NCBI GenBank assembly: GCA_051362555.1
Contig: CM120644.1
Span: forward strand, 16,824,534 to 16,888,533
Direction: 5' to 3'
Origin: Lingula anatina
Taxonomy: Eukaryota; Animalia; Brachiopoda
DNA length: 64,000 bases
Numbering within the stretch: the stretch's first letter is position 1; every line of letters begins with the position of its first letter. Shown here in pieces: positions 27,586 through 40,665 of the stretch. A program made the translations under genes and the position numbers. The notes beneath the pieces are model-generated. The model was not told the DNA's origin. It did no database searches and saw only the letters and a list, made by a program, of their open reading frames with translations.

Positions 27586-29331
27586 TAACCAAAATTCTAC
27601 TTAATTAACACCCAATTTACTTACAAGCCAACTCCTTCCTAAACGCACTACTCATCATTTCTTCCAACATGCCCAAGAACTCAGAGGCTTGTTCTAATAG
27701 CTCTAAACTTGTCTCACAAACACTGTAATAAGCCGTTGGAGCAACAGACACCCAACGGCCAGAATAAACTGCTCTGTTCAGCTCTCCATTGATCCAAACT
27801 AGGGCAGGCTACCCAACTCTATGGCATGCCAGTGTGCGGACGCCCGGGGCTCATGCTGACGCAATCATAAACACAACTGTGTAGATCAACATTGGATGGG
27901 AGTGGGGAAGAGGAAGAGAGGCGGGAAATTTTTCCACGTGCTAGCAAGCTAGCTAGCTCCAATGCAGAGTTGTTTTTCTCCTATTCTATGCTAAGTTGGT
28001 CTAATCCGATAATGCATCGATCCTCCTTTAAGTGGTCAAACTATGTGAGAAACAGAGCCATATGGATTTCAGGAAGGGAACGGATCTTTCCGTTTTTGTC
28101 CACGAGGTCATCAGTGTTATGGCTATTTTATCGCCTGGATTTAAATTTGACACTTTAATTAAAACAAGCACCTGGAGGTCAACATGGAAGGGTTCAAAAT
28201 ATGTGCCAATGATTTAGAGTTAAAAATTCAAAAATGTAGAGATCAACTCCTCAGTACAATAAAATTGGATGGCCCCTTTCATAAGTAACATGTACACCTA
28301 TGCCAAACCTGCCATACCCCACACAGCTATCAAATATAGTAAACTGGACTTAGCATGCTTAGAATGTATGCTTAAAAACCTTAAAACCCACTCACCAAAA
28401 ACCCTGCTAGAAATGCACCATTTATTGAACTGTAGCCTCCAATGGTTAACTGACCCTTAATAACACCACTGACCACTACCCCCTGGTTAACTCACCTGTC
28501 CAGGTGAGAAAAACAAGGGGCATGAACTATTTCTGCTCCACACCTGGCTTAATGACTTCAAAATAAACCTACACCTGTAATTATACCCCTCTGCTTAACA
28601 TAGCTTTGACCCAACCGGCCATTAACTGACCAAAGCCAACTGACCAGTGCATGTAAATATAACAAGGACAAACTATAAGTTATAAGGTATTTGAATGACA
28701 AATTACCAGCACAAAAAATAGCTCTTAACAGAATTGAAACTACCCATCAATCACAAGTTTCTCTGTGAGATTTAGATGACCATAACTCTAATGAGTTCAT
28801 CCGTCCACATATTTAAATAAAAACTTACAATGATACAACAAGTATATTCTTTTCTTGGTTATATATTTGAGGGGAAACTATTTTAATAAAGCATCCGAAT
28901 GAGTTTAAATTAAAGGCATCTCAAACTCACCTGTACAGTTGACCAAACTCCCATCTGTATAGTTTGAATGGACCTTTGCCTAACTGATCAGCTTCCAAAT
29001 TAACTACCTTGTTCATGCAATTGCAAAATACTGCCCAATCTTAACCAAACACCAGCAGCAATTATCTTAGGCTAGCAACTGCAGCCAAGTTCATTTGTAG
29101 CAACTAATTGGCTTAGTGATCACAGAATGCCTAGCAACAGCAAACTTCCTCTGTCTCTGGGTTAATTGTAAAATTCTGGCCAGTGTATTTCACAGAGCGC
29201 TTCAAAATAAATGTAAGTTTGCTTTCTTTTTGAATACATTTAGTTAAAATGCTGTAGCTTTTTGTTGTTGTTTAATAGATCTACTTAATCCAGATAGGGT
29301 TGAAATATTCCTTTTATTTTTGTATTCTTCA

Positions 29332-29336
<5 letters not shown>

Positions 29337-29392
<56 letters not shown>
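29337..29392. repeat. (AT)n followed by poly-T
   Basis: Direct reading. Confidence 0.95.
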
Positions 29393-29874
29393 CTTGAAGA
29401 CTGACCTAAATCTTATTTGTTCAAAACATTTTTTCTTTCCAAAAAATATGCAATGAGCAAATGCCACTGTTTTCCTTTCAGAAAAAAACTGCATAAATTT
29501 CAATACACTATTCAGGAGTAGAGTTTCTGTTTTCAAAAATGTTACAGTTCCCAATTCCTGGCTGTACAAACAGGCTGAAAAATGACCACTCCTGTTCTGA
29601 CCACAATAAATAGTAGCAACTTTCAACATCAAATCAATACCTTCCAGATACGACAAGAGTCTCAGTTTCACAACCCAAACACGATCAGCTAGATGCCATA
29701 AACAGAAAACAAAGGCTGACCAGTGCCGTCCTCTTGGTCAGCTCAAGCGACTCAGCCAGTGACATAATGACACAAAATAAAATGGAAAATAGTGTTTTGA
29801 GTCAATCGTATCACCTGCATGAACCACCTGCTGTTTTCCTATATATGTTTTTTTTATCTTTATTCACTTTTATA

Positions 29875-30046
29875 CAGGCCTTATAAATGGATTAGGCGTT
29901 TAATAACAGTACCCGCATTTTTTTTTGCACTAACACCCAAATTAACCACATAACCCACAAATTAACCAGCACTAGCAGAGCAGATGCATGTTAGTGCTAG
30001 GTATTGCTTTGTTAGTGCTAAATAATTGTATGGTGTGTTGGTTAAT
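29875..30046 (-). mobile_element. Family F partial copy
   Basis: Colinear with the reverse complement of about 24920-25092 (gtgctaggtat.gctttgtt.gt.ctaaataatt). Confidence 0.72.
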
Positions 30047-30533
30047 AAGCTAACCTTAATGAAATGCCCATTAACACTTCTGATGCCATATGAACATATA
30101 ACACAATGGACACATATTAACCATAATGTAAAATCTCATTTTATATAAAAAATATATACTTTAGTCAAGATGCTAAATGGTTTCATATAATTATTTTAAT
30201 AAAATAATCACTATCCCAGGTAGAAGTATCTCAAATGTGTCAAATTCGACTAGATGTGTTCAAAATGGTCAAAAGGATTAACTGAGAACAACATCAAAGC
30301 ATTGGAAAGGCTAGCATCCAGCAAAGCATAAAACAACTGTGATATTGCCTATCCTTGACCAGGGCCCTTAATTAATGTGAGTCCAGTGGATAGATTGCAT
30401 GACAAATGCTTGCTGTCACACAACCACAATGACAACTTGGTTAATTGCATACAGAACCAACGGGTCACTGACATACATCATATACTGCTGATATCGGAAA
30501 ATGTACGAAGCGATCGAAACATTTGGAATTATA

Positions 30534-30667
30534 CAGGAATGAGACTGCCATTTAGTGAAAAAAGTCAGAAAATATAGCACAGGGTTCAGGGGCTGCCTAG
30601 GGAAATGATATTTTTTAGTTCCCAAAGAGTCAGAAATCAGCCAATGGCCTCAAAAATCACACCTTTG
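30534..30667 (+). mobile_element. MITE family E, diverged copy (flanks attata/gttata)
   Basis: caggaatgagac..gaaaaa(a)gtcagaaaata.agc..ggg(g)ttc.aggggg..gcctag..cccaaa.agtc.gaaatc shared with 34229-34366. Confidence 0.78.
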
Positions 30668-33601
30668 GTTATACAGAGTACTCTTTTGGTGTTAGGAGAA
30701 TGCTCAACTGACATTTGTACATCCAACCAATGACAAAAAAAGAATTTTCACATTAAGCGTTATAACGTAGCTATACAGCTGTACCAATATGCTTTTGGAG
30801 GTTCTAACATGCATTTGCCCTATAGGAGATTTTGTTTCCTTTCACAAGCTCTCAGCAAGGTCACTTCCTGCTGTTTAGGGAGAAAGTGAATGGCCATGTT
30901 GAGCAGGGGGTTCCATTTATGTGATAGCTCGACTATTAATTTGTCAGTCTCTCATAACAGAACGGTACAGCTGTAGCACTAAGATAAAAAGTTCAATGTG
31001 AAAAGGCAAAGTGTGCATACAATTTAATCTAATTTTGTTTCAAATGAAATATATGTACTTTTGTTATGAGTATATATTTACCATGAAAAGAAGTTCACCT
31101 ACTTCAGATCACCATCAAATATTACGATGAAAATAAGTTCACCTGCTTCAGATTGGTATCAAATGTTAGGCACAGCTAATGAAATGAATTGCGCAATCAA
31201 AAGGAATATATTCTGAAGTGAATGACAGCAAGCATAATGGTTATGAAACATTAAACAGATAGATAATCGCATCAGTGATGGGTGATATGTTTTGTAAGTC
31301 CTGATATTACTTCATTGTCTGCTTCTTCACTCAATACTAACCTTACCTTAGCGTGAAAATCTATGGTGTTGAAATCCACAACCATTTAAAACTTGAGTTT
31401 GGCTTAATTAATCGGTTCCAAGTGAATTTATCAAACAAAATTTTTGCAGTTCTATGAAGGGCAATTTTTTTTCACTAACCACATCATTTGCAATTGACAT
31501 ATATCCCTACTTTGTGAAAATCAATAGTTATCGTTAATTATGTGATAGAAATAAAAACGAGGATGTTTTTTTCATTTTAGTGAAACCAAAAAGGAAAAAA
31601 TAACAGCTTATCTGTTTCAAATATCATACCATTTACGTAAGAGATTTACATCAATGCCTAATAACATGGTGATATGCTTTCATTTATGTAATGATATATG
31701 GCCACTAATTACGTCATTACTGTTAAAAAATCTACTACTTGCTTCTACAACAACCACTGATACGGGTTGTTTTTGTCATTCAACACCAATAAAAAAAGAC
31801 ATTTCTACATCAAAAACCAATGGCGTTTCTATAATTTTTCCTCGGTTATTGATGTGTTCTAATTTATTTTTGCTTAGGTGCAGGGCCATCGAGCAAAATG
31901 ATGCATTCACATTCTGACAGAATTAGACCAAGATTGTAAAATTTATAGATGGCAACATATGATAATCTAGATGCTTAGGCTATGTAAGCTAGTCACACGA
32001 ACCTAAAATAAATTATTTTGCAACAATCTATTTCCTACTTCAGTGGCTGCGTAAATTACAATAAAGCACCGTGTAATTTTGGCTGGTAATCAAGTTACAC
32101 AAAGTAAACCAAGAAAACCTCAGTCAACCAGCATCATAAGCACCTGTAACCACAGATCTGCAGAACGACTAAGTTCTAATGAATTCTTTATTGGAAATAT
32201 TAGATTTAGGATGACAAGGTCAATAGAGTTAACCACAGGCCTCCCACAACAGACAAGACGCGAAAAAAAATTCCAGCGAAAAAATATGTGGCGATATCCT
32301 GTGACTAGCTGTATTTATATAGTGTAGAGTTAATATGCAGTTGACTTGCTTTAATTCTTTTTTCGAATCAAGGGATTTAAACTAATTCATTTAGTAAAGT
32401 TAAAACAATAGATGGCATGTCCTAAAATAGAATTTTCCAGTCTATTTCATTATGACAAATTGAAACTTATTCGCAGTCTATGGGTGCGTTAACATTCCCA
32501 AAGAAATTATCCCACTAGGGGCATGTAGATCAATTGATCCAACTCTATGGGGACTCCTGCTGAATGCAATCAGATTAGCTAAATGACATGCCTCGTAAAG
32601 CAGCTAGGGGTTGATTAACTTTCATGTGCGCTCAACTTCTGGAAGCTTTTCCCGTTCATTTTGAGTACAACCGATAATATCATAGGATATACATCTTATG
32701 ACAAGACCTTACTAAGTCAGCCTGATTTCAGGAAGACAGATAAATCCCGACCACAAAAATTATGGAGTCTGACCTCAATGCAGGGACTTGCTGACCACAA
32801 TACCAGTCATTAGTGACCACAAATCCTATATTAATATAACCCTAGGTAACCTGATAGCCATTCTGGTGTCTATCCTGTACAAAAAAAGAAAAAAATGGTG
32901 ATTGTTTACATAATGACTAATAAATCATTGCTACATTATCATTATTATGCTTAAAAATATTGCACCCAGTGACTTTTGCTCCATCCAAGGAGCATTAGCA
33001 ATTATCAAATCTATTGTTTTTTTTCAAAGGTTGTACAAATCACTTCCTATTTTCTGAAATTTAAAACATTTCTTACTATATTTCATGCAGATATTTTTTC
33101 TCAGATTTTAGCCCAAAATGATTGAAACTCAATTTTACTAATGAATTTATGGGAAAAAAGAGTAATATGCCACTTATACATTTTCATTTTCTCTTGGTAA
33201 TATTAAATAAACTCCAATTCAGACTCCATTTTTTTTTTCAATTTAATTATAGATTGTTCTTTATTTTTCACTGTGCAGATAAATTTTGCACAGAACGCAA
33301 CAATTAACAACCTTCAGCTACAGAGGAGTGGACGAAACAAGACCCAAAATGTCACGAAAGTATACAATCCCTTCCTTTTATCAAGAGGATGCCAACCCAA
33401 CACAACCGGCAGGATCAAATTAAACGATTCATATTCTGAACCCATCCTAGATCTCTGGTCATTGAAAACCACACGGCCATGAACGAAGTCACATTTAACT
33501 CAATTAAAGGTTTCTTCCAGTCAACCCTAGTATCCAAAGTGGACGTTTGTGGTCTAAAAAGCACCAACAGCTTTCTATAAAGAATCAACCATTTTCACTA
33601 A

Positions 33602-33858
33602 GGCTTCGTTCACATGCAATGTCTATTTTCTAATTTCTATTTTCTATTTGCGCTATCTTATGATCACGGTCTGTGCCCTGAATATCCCGCCGCGTAATTA
33701 CTGGCAGCGCGAGCCAGTTACTTATAGTAACTTATAGTAACTGGCTCGCGCTGCCAGTAATTACGCCGCGGGATATTCAGGCCACAGACCGTGATCATAA
33801 GTCATACCGCAAATAGAAAATAGAATTTAGAAAATAGACATTGCATGTGAACGAAGCC
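33602..33858. mobile_element. 257-bp foldback (palindromic) MITE, PIF/Harbinger-like, TSD TAA
   Basis: The left half is the near-perfect reverse complement of the right half from ggcttcgttcacatgcaatgtc inward to the centre; taa on both flanks. Confidence 0.93.
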
Positions 33859-34228
33859 TAAAACTGATATTCTTAGAATATGAGAATAATTAACTGATGC
33901 TACAGTATCATCAATGAGCCCTAGTTATGTGTGTAAGCCACAGAAGCATATCCAGTCTTTTATCATGTTTTCTACCTTTTGTTCCCATATATCTCCTTCC
34001 TGCTTTTATATATCACCACCTGACATTTAAACCACTACCAAGAGACCTCAAATATTGAAAAAAAAATATATCCTTAATAACCCTTCAAGGTCAAACAAAT
34101 AAGGATTAACATATACAAATAAATTAATTTATTTTTATTAAATCAATAGAAATGTAAAACATACATAAATCTATTAGAAAGGAAGACGACAATACAACAC
34201 TAAAATATTAAAAAAAAAAAGGCCTAAT

Positions 34229-34366
34229 CAGGAATGAGACCACCACTTTAGGAAAAAGTCAGAAAATAAAGCCTGGGGTTCTAGGGGGCCGCCTAGTATA
34301 GCCTAAGATATTTCTTACTCCCAAAAAGTCGGAAATCTGCCGATAGTCGAAAAAATTTCATCCCTG
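34229..34366 (+). mobile_element. 138-bp MITE family E (cagg.atga termini, 6-bp TSD cctaat)
   Basis: caggaatgaga / tttcatccctg ends; cctaat on both flanks; second copy at 30534. Confidence 0.82.
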
Positions 34367-35880
34367 CCTAATCCTTCCAGGTCAGGTCACGATGAATCAT
34401 TATTGTAACAGTGAAGCAATGTGTAAGCTACTGACAGAGAGAATTGTGTCCTATACCTTGCTGCGGGGGAGCTATAAGTTGCAGACGCTCTGATATCATT
34501 TGTACGAAAACCACAAATTTGCCCTACTAATTAACAGGCTTTTCTATTGTATTACATCTGGATAAAATGCTTCTTCGCCCTGGCAATGATTCCATTGAGA
34601 CTTCAGATAATAGCTGGGCAATGATGTAGAAGATGTAAGGCTGGATTTGATTGGTGGTTTTTTAGCGTCATTCATTCCCTGAAGGCATCTCTACACTATA
34701 TGTCTCCGACTTGTCGCTTACTCAGGAGGAAAAAAATTCCAGTGAAAAGATTTATCGTTGTAAAAACATGACCCATGTAGCACTGTGATAATCCGTTCAT
34801 TTCTTAACCCTGCGGTTGTAGATCTTTGCTTGAGGTCAACTTGCAAAAAAATTAAAATGCCAAAGATTTTGGATTCTGCATTATAAGGTTATTGTCCAGA
34901 ATTGTGTGAAAAAAAAAAGAAAATGCCAAAGACTGAATTCAGCATTACAAAAGTTATTGTCCAGAATTGTCAGATTTAAGAGTTATTTGTTTATTTTATG
35001 CCCTGTATGACCACTGATTCTTTTTCTTTCTTTTTTTCCAAGGTATATTTCTATTGTCCTCTGTATGACAAACAGTACAAGGTCACATTACAAGAAATGC
35101 AGAGTTGGCAAAAACTTGTCATAGGGTCATTAACCTCAGTTCAGTCCCCATACCTATCCTAAAACTAAAATACAAGTCATTTTCTTTTTATTTCAAACCA
35201 TCTTTTCTCCTTTCTCAACTAGTTTCTTTAAAATGTTTTAGGCATTTTTAATGCAAAAGCAAATTTGTGCCATACAAACACACCATATATGTGGCAGCTT
35301 TCTGTAATAAAACATTCTTATTCTTCAGTTATCACTTACATATATATCCAGAGGCTTGCTCAAATGAAATGGAAAAGAACAAGAAACCCGCAGCGTAATA
35401 AAAACAGCCTGGTTGTTTCTTTAATGTTTGCCCATCGTCTGGCATTGTACCGTTAATGCGCTGTTGCATTGGGCCAGCTCAACTCTGACCGTTGTTTTGT
35501 TTGTATAATCATTTCTCTCGATTTCAAACACTACAGGTCAAAAGTTAGTCTACTTTCTGGAGTATTTGTAAAGTTCTAACTCGATCACAGGTAGCAAATA
35601 TGCACACAAACTGAGCACAATGGGTTCACTCTCCGGAAAAACAGATGGAAATTTCATGGGCGTAATTTTAGCCACCTATTCTACATAGAGTACACTGTAA
35701 TCTAATTCTGATTTCAAAACAGAGTGTTTACTGATGTAATTCAGTTTACCCGTTAGAAAATTTGAAACGGAGAGTTATGTAGTGACCCCTCATATTACAA
35801 TTATAATATTTTAGTTGTAGACTGATACCTTGAAGGAATACAGTAGAGAGCGATGGAATTTTGGATGACTTCAGCAAAAT

Positions 35881-36049
35881 CTGGGGCGGACCTAGAGTTA
35901 TTTTCTGACAGTCTTCCAAATTATCTTTGTTTATCCATCTTCCATTTTTGACCAACTTCTGACAGAAAAAAATTAGATACCCGTCAATGTAAACTTGAAA
36001 ATCTGACCGTCTTTTGAAAGGCCCAGAAGACGGCCTCAATCTGCTCTTG
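35881..36049 (+). mobile_element. MITE family C copy (5-bp TSD aaaat)
   Basis: Shares ctgacagtcttccaaattatctttgtt and gatacccgtcaatgtaaacttgaaaatctgaccgtctt. Confidence 0.88.
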
Positions 36050-38880
36050 AAAATCATATACATCTTACATACATGTAAAATCATGCTCAACCTGAATATG
36101 TTTGAACATTCTCAATCATCTTCAATCTAAGATACATGTCATTTAAAGGTATAATGTAATTATCATATAAAATATATTATTTATTACTATTATTTATTTT
36201 TCTTTTTTTTTAATGAGAAGATAAAAAAAACAGTTCAACCTGAAGTACTTTATGAAATTTTCCTCCATAAACATTATTCTTTGAATGAAAAATTTATTCT
36301 GTATTTTGGCCAACACCCATCATTCATAACAAACAGTACTGAGAATGATGAGTCACATTACGCAACAAAACGAAATAAGCAAATTTCAAACTTTGATTAA
36401 CAACCAGGTCAACCCTAATAGTGGGGTTTTCGATACTAAGGCACTATACAGACTGAAAAAAAAATCAAACAAACAGATCCAAAATAGACACTCAAGTTGA
36501 ATGATATCACATAAAATATCACCAAACATTTTGCCTAGTCATCTCACAATAAAAGCTGGAAACCACTCAACCAAAACATCTCTCGATATATATATATATT
36601 AAACCAAGGATGAAAGTGATTTTTTTATGGCACAACTGGGCCTCGAACTCTATGCAGTGGGCAAATATCAGAAACCAAACTATAAACAAAATATTCAACC
36701 CCAGCTGAATAAATTTGCACCTTAGAAGTTCCATTTTAGATGTATACCAGTAGCTATGAATGATGACAGAATACTGCTTTTGTTATACAAAATTTATATT
36801 TTTTTTATGAAAAGAGAAGAAAACCAGCTATCATCAAAGGACACTCATTCTTCCTATCTAATCCATTATAGAAATATTATACACAATCAATTATCATCAA
36901 ACATAAAAATATTTGGCCATTGCCATGGCAACAGGATATAACTATCAACAATACAGGTGAGTCTATTCTCTGTGTTCTTTTTCCCCAGTTTAATTGATGT
37001 GACAATGGTAGGTGATTTAGGGTCACTGGAATTCTGAAACGAAAGTGTGTGCATGTGAGAATGCACGTATTTGTAAGAGTGATACAGAGTGATGCTGTGT
37101 AGATAACACACGTGGTACTTTGCATGTGCTTGTGCACGTGTGTGTGTGTGTGCATGCATGCATGCACAAATGCAGACACACCTGTGTGTGTGTGTGTGCG
37201 TGTGTACATGTGTTATAAAAAAAAACAAGTTTCAGAAAATCACTTCTAACCCAATAAATCACTCGCAAAGAAAAAAGTTAATCCACACCTCAAAACAGCA
37301 TAATCTTGTTTAAAGCTACTTGTAAAGCATTGAAAGCAAATTTAGAAAACCTTACAATACAAACACTAACTTCATGCTTAGCTGCAACTGAAATAGCCTA
37401 CTTTCTGTTTGGCTTCAAGCATCCAATTTTCAAATGGAAGAAATCAAAATTTATATTAAGAACTATGCTTAAATAAAATAATTCATCTTATCTCTAAAAC
37501 TATTTTTTTTATCTCAGATATATAATTCCTGTTTTTATATATAACCACATGACATGTAACTGCTACCAACAGATCTCAAATATCTATAAATATTTCCTAA
37601 ATTATCCACCAACCTTAAACATTAATGGTTAAACATCAACTTTTCAGCCATATCTGAACTGCATTATCAAATATTACCGAAAAGCAAGTCTGGGTTATAT
37701 ATCACCCTGAACATATTTTCTGACAGACTGAAATTCACAAATACTGAATAGATAAATATACTGGAACAAGTCACTAAATAACGCATCAATCTAAAAAAGC
37801 ACCACCATTACCCTTACAACCGAACTTCATTTCTCCCATTATTTAATTCTCCATTGCAGACATCGCCACTGAGGTATAAGAAGTAAATTCGCGCCTTTCT
37901 AACCTAGCTAACTATTCATCCTGTCTGTGCATTTAGGAATCGAAACAAAGGGATGTTTGCACGTGTGCTGTTGCCAAGGAGGTGTTTGTAAACAAAATGT
38001 TGACGACAAAAGGAAGAAGGGGGGAGTCGAGGACAGTATAGAGGGTGGGGGTGAACTAGGGTGGGAAGAGGTTGGAATTAGAGAGGGGGCAATTTGGGCA
38101 TTTCTGTACAGAGCTCGTCTGTGGTAAAAGGGGCTTGTTTGGAGGTTGGGGGGGGGGGGAGGGGGGGGGGAGATACCCCTTCTAGGATATGTGTCAAACA
38201 ATCTGTGCTTTTTCCTTTTTTAGCACATTATAATCATGGAGGTTACAAAAATAAGAGAGAGGTTTAAAATACATTTGAAAAATTGGGCCATATTCTTGTT
38301 ATTTTGTATCTTCAGTGAGAGATCTTTTAAGGGAGTGGTGTAATTTAAGGTAGAATGTAAAAAGGATACAGATGCACAAAGACATAAACAGAAAGTGATT
38401 CATCATGCTTGTTCCACTATGAATAAACATTACAGTTCAAATGAAAACAATTAAATCCAAAAGAGCAATTTTGTGAAGTTAAATATTACAGAGTCCCTAC
38501 AATAACCTGTCGTTAACCTCGGTCACGGTGTCACTAAAAACATAAGCCGAGCAAGTCCCTATCAAAGGCTCCGAGAAGGCCCTCATGTTTACAGTTACTG
38601 CCTGCGATACAGTAAGCCTATACAATCCTCTGTTTGCACGTCTAACAGGGAAAACTATACCTCGTACCATCCAATCAGGAGAGCATACATACAGACCCAA
38701 CGGACAAACAGCCATGGGTAGCACAATTAACCAAACCAACAAGCCTGTATTTATTAAAGCTCCCACTTGTTTTGTGAATTTCAAACTAATAAGAACAGGG
38801 CACTAGCAATGCATGGACTGCTGTACTAAGTTCAAAAACATACTCCATACAAGACTATAATGCCACAGTAATAAATCTTA

Positions 38881-39105
38881 GACCCCATTTCCATAGGTTT
38901 TAGATCGATCTATCCCCGAAGGGAGTCTCACTCATTCACAGTCAGCTTAACCAGCTTAAACGTCTGTCCTGCCTACTAAAAGCTGTAAGGGGGTAATTAA
39001 CTATGGTGCACGCTCAACTAACTACAATTTAGCGTGAACCCCCCGGGAGTTAGGTCGATCTAAATCTAAATCTCTGGATCGATCTAAATCTCTAGGAATG
39101 CACCC
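38881..39105 (+). mobile_element. MITE family A, diverged copy or subfamily
   Basis: Shares tagatcgatctatccccg..gggagtctcact, gcctact..aagctgtaagggggtaattaact and tttagcgtgaacccccc.ggagttaggtcgatcta; termini differ. Confidence 0.85.
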
Positions 39106-40214
39106 TAGTAGAGATATAATGGCATTTTTATGATAAGTGATACTGTTTAAATATATATGTATATATGTATACTTTCAAATTATCTTAGAATCATTTATAC
39201 AAGGAAAGAGGGAGATAGTAAGTCATTTCAACATGCAGAAACTCTATTCATTTATTTTGATATAAGGAGGGGGGTTCGGGAGATGGCACACAGTATCCAA
39301 CTTAACAAGTACCCCAGGCTATCAGTGGCATGGAAAACAGCTAAGAAACAACAATCAGAAACAACAAAAGCTTGCCTACGCTCTCAAGACCCTTTAAATT
39401 TCGAGAGACTGTGACCTGAAGAGGGCATGAATTGAACCGACCGCTCTTAGGTCGCATTCACACTGAGGACAAGTGGGTTCTCCTGAAGTCCTCATATAAG
39501 TTTGTCTGGTTATGACCAACTCAACCAGTAAATAGTAATACCAATAAGCACAACATGCAGCTCTCTGTTTAACAAATTTATTGAAGATATAGTCAACTTT
39601 GCTATGAGCTCAGCTTCTGATCAGCTTTATCAGTCAAAACTTAAAGGAATAGTCAAACTGAGAAGGGTGGACCTATCTGCAATAACTGACCCTAATTTCA
39701 CACACACACACACACCAAAAAAAAAAAAAAAACTTAAATTAGTTCACTGGCTTAGTTGACTAGGATTTCTGGGAGAGTGTTGTTACACTGCTCCTGATAG
39801 GTTAAGTTGTACCCATGTGACCATGTAACCCTGGTAATTAAGTTCTTAGCCAGGGAACCTGACTTGAACTTTTGTTTTTTGAAACCAGGGGGCCTAGGGC
39901 CTGTTTCACATAAGAACTCAAGCCCATTAATTGGTCTAAACTTTTTGGTCTAAAATTTCCCTGCAATCTGACCCCCAAACAAACCAATGATTGTCCATGC
40001 AATCAAATTTAATACTAAGCCTGTTTTTGGACAAGAAAATACTTGGTTTCATGTTTCAGACCTATAATTATTTATCTAAGTGGAATAAAATTAAAATGAA
40101 TAAAAGCAGACCAAATTCTTGACCTTAAAAAGTTAAGCTCAATTTTCAGGCTAAAGTCCTATATGAGTCCATTTTTTTGATAAATAAGTGTAAGTGAAAG
40201 ACAATGATACTTAC

Positions 40215-40329
40215 AGATCTTTCTGAAGGGTAGAGTTCTCGCTGACATTCCTCGGTAGGACTTGGACTGGCTCCGAGCAAACTGTCGTACGGGAGCCATG
40301 GCGATCGAGGATGGACAGATGGATCAAAA
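40215..40329 (-). CDS. PKD1L1: PKD1L1-like exon (end of REJ), 115 nt, phase 1-2
   Basis: tttttccag acceptor; VLIHLSILDRHGSRTTVCSEPVQVLPRNVSENSTLQKDL; gtaagt donor. The frame differs from the ORF-track call here. Confidence 0.85.
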
Positions 40330-40617
40330 CTGGAAAAATAAATCGCATTTTTGTTATGAGTCTCATATTTTCTCAGCTTTATTCGTAACAAATAATGGAC
40401 ATCTTTCTCAACTTCTGCTTTTTTTTTTCTAATATCCATATACATTTGTTATGTATTCTGGTTCCTGCTCCTTGTATACAATATTTCTCCATATCATAAG
40501 AGTTTCATTTTTTCAGCATCAGTCAATATGCTTTTGCCCCATTTTTTTACTCTCTTCTTCAATCCCTCAAAAACACACTTGTTCCCTTGTAAACTTGCTT
40601 TAAAATTATTCCTCCTG

Positions 40618-40621
<4 letters not shown>

Positions 40622-40662
<41 letters not shown>
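40622..40662. repeat. (TC)n microsatellite
   Basis: Direct reading. Confidence 0.95.

Positions 40663-40665
<3 letters not shown>

Noticed and set aside
27625-27722. Minus-strand AG...GTAAGT-bounded open frame (VCETSLELLEQASEFLGMLEEMM...)
   Set aside because: Its phase 2-1 would shift the frame between exons 40215-40329 and 23339-23552, which already join correctly, and it has no recognisable homology. It could at most be a poison exon.
39330-39470. Possible tRNA-derived SINE remnant (reverse B-box-like ggttcaattc)
   Set aside because: No clear A-box, tail or second copy in the window.
40146-40445. 99-aa minus-strand ORF in the track
   Set aside because: It is the wrong frame over the real 115-nt exon.
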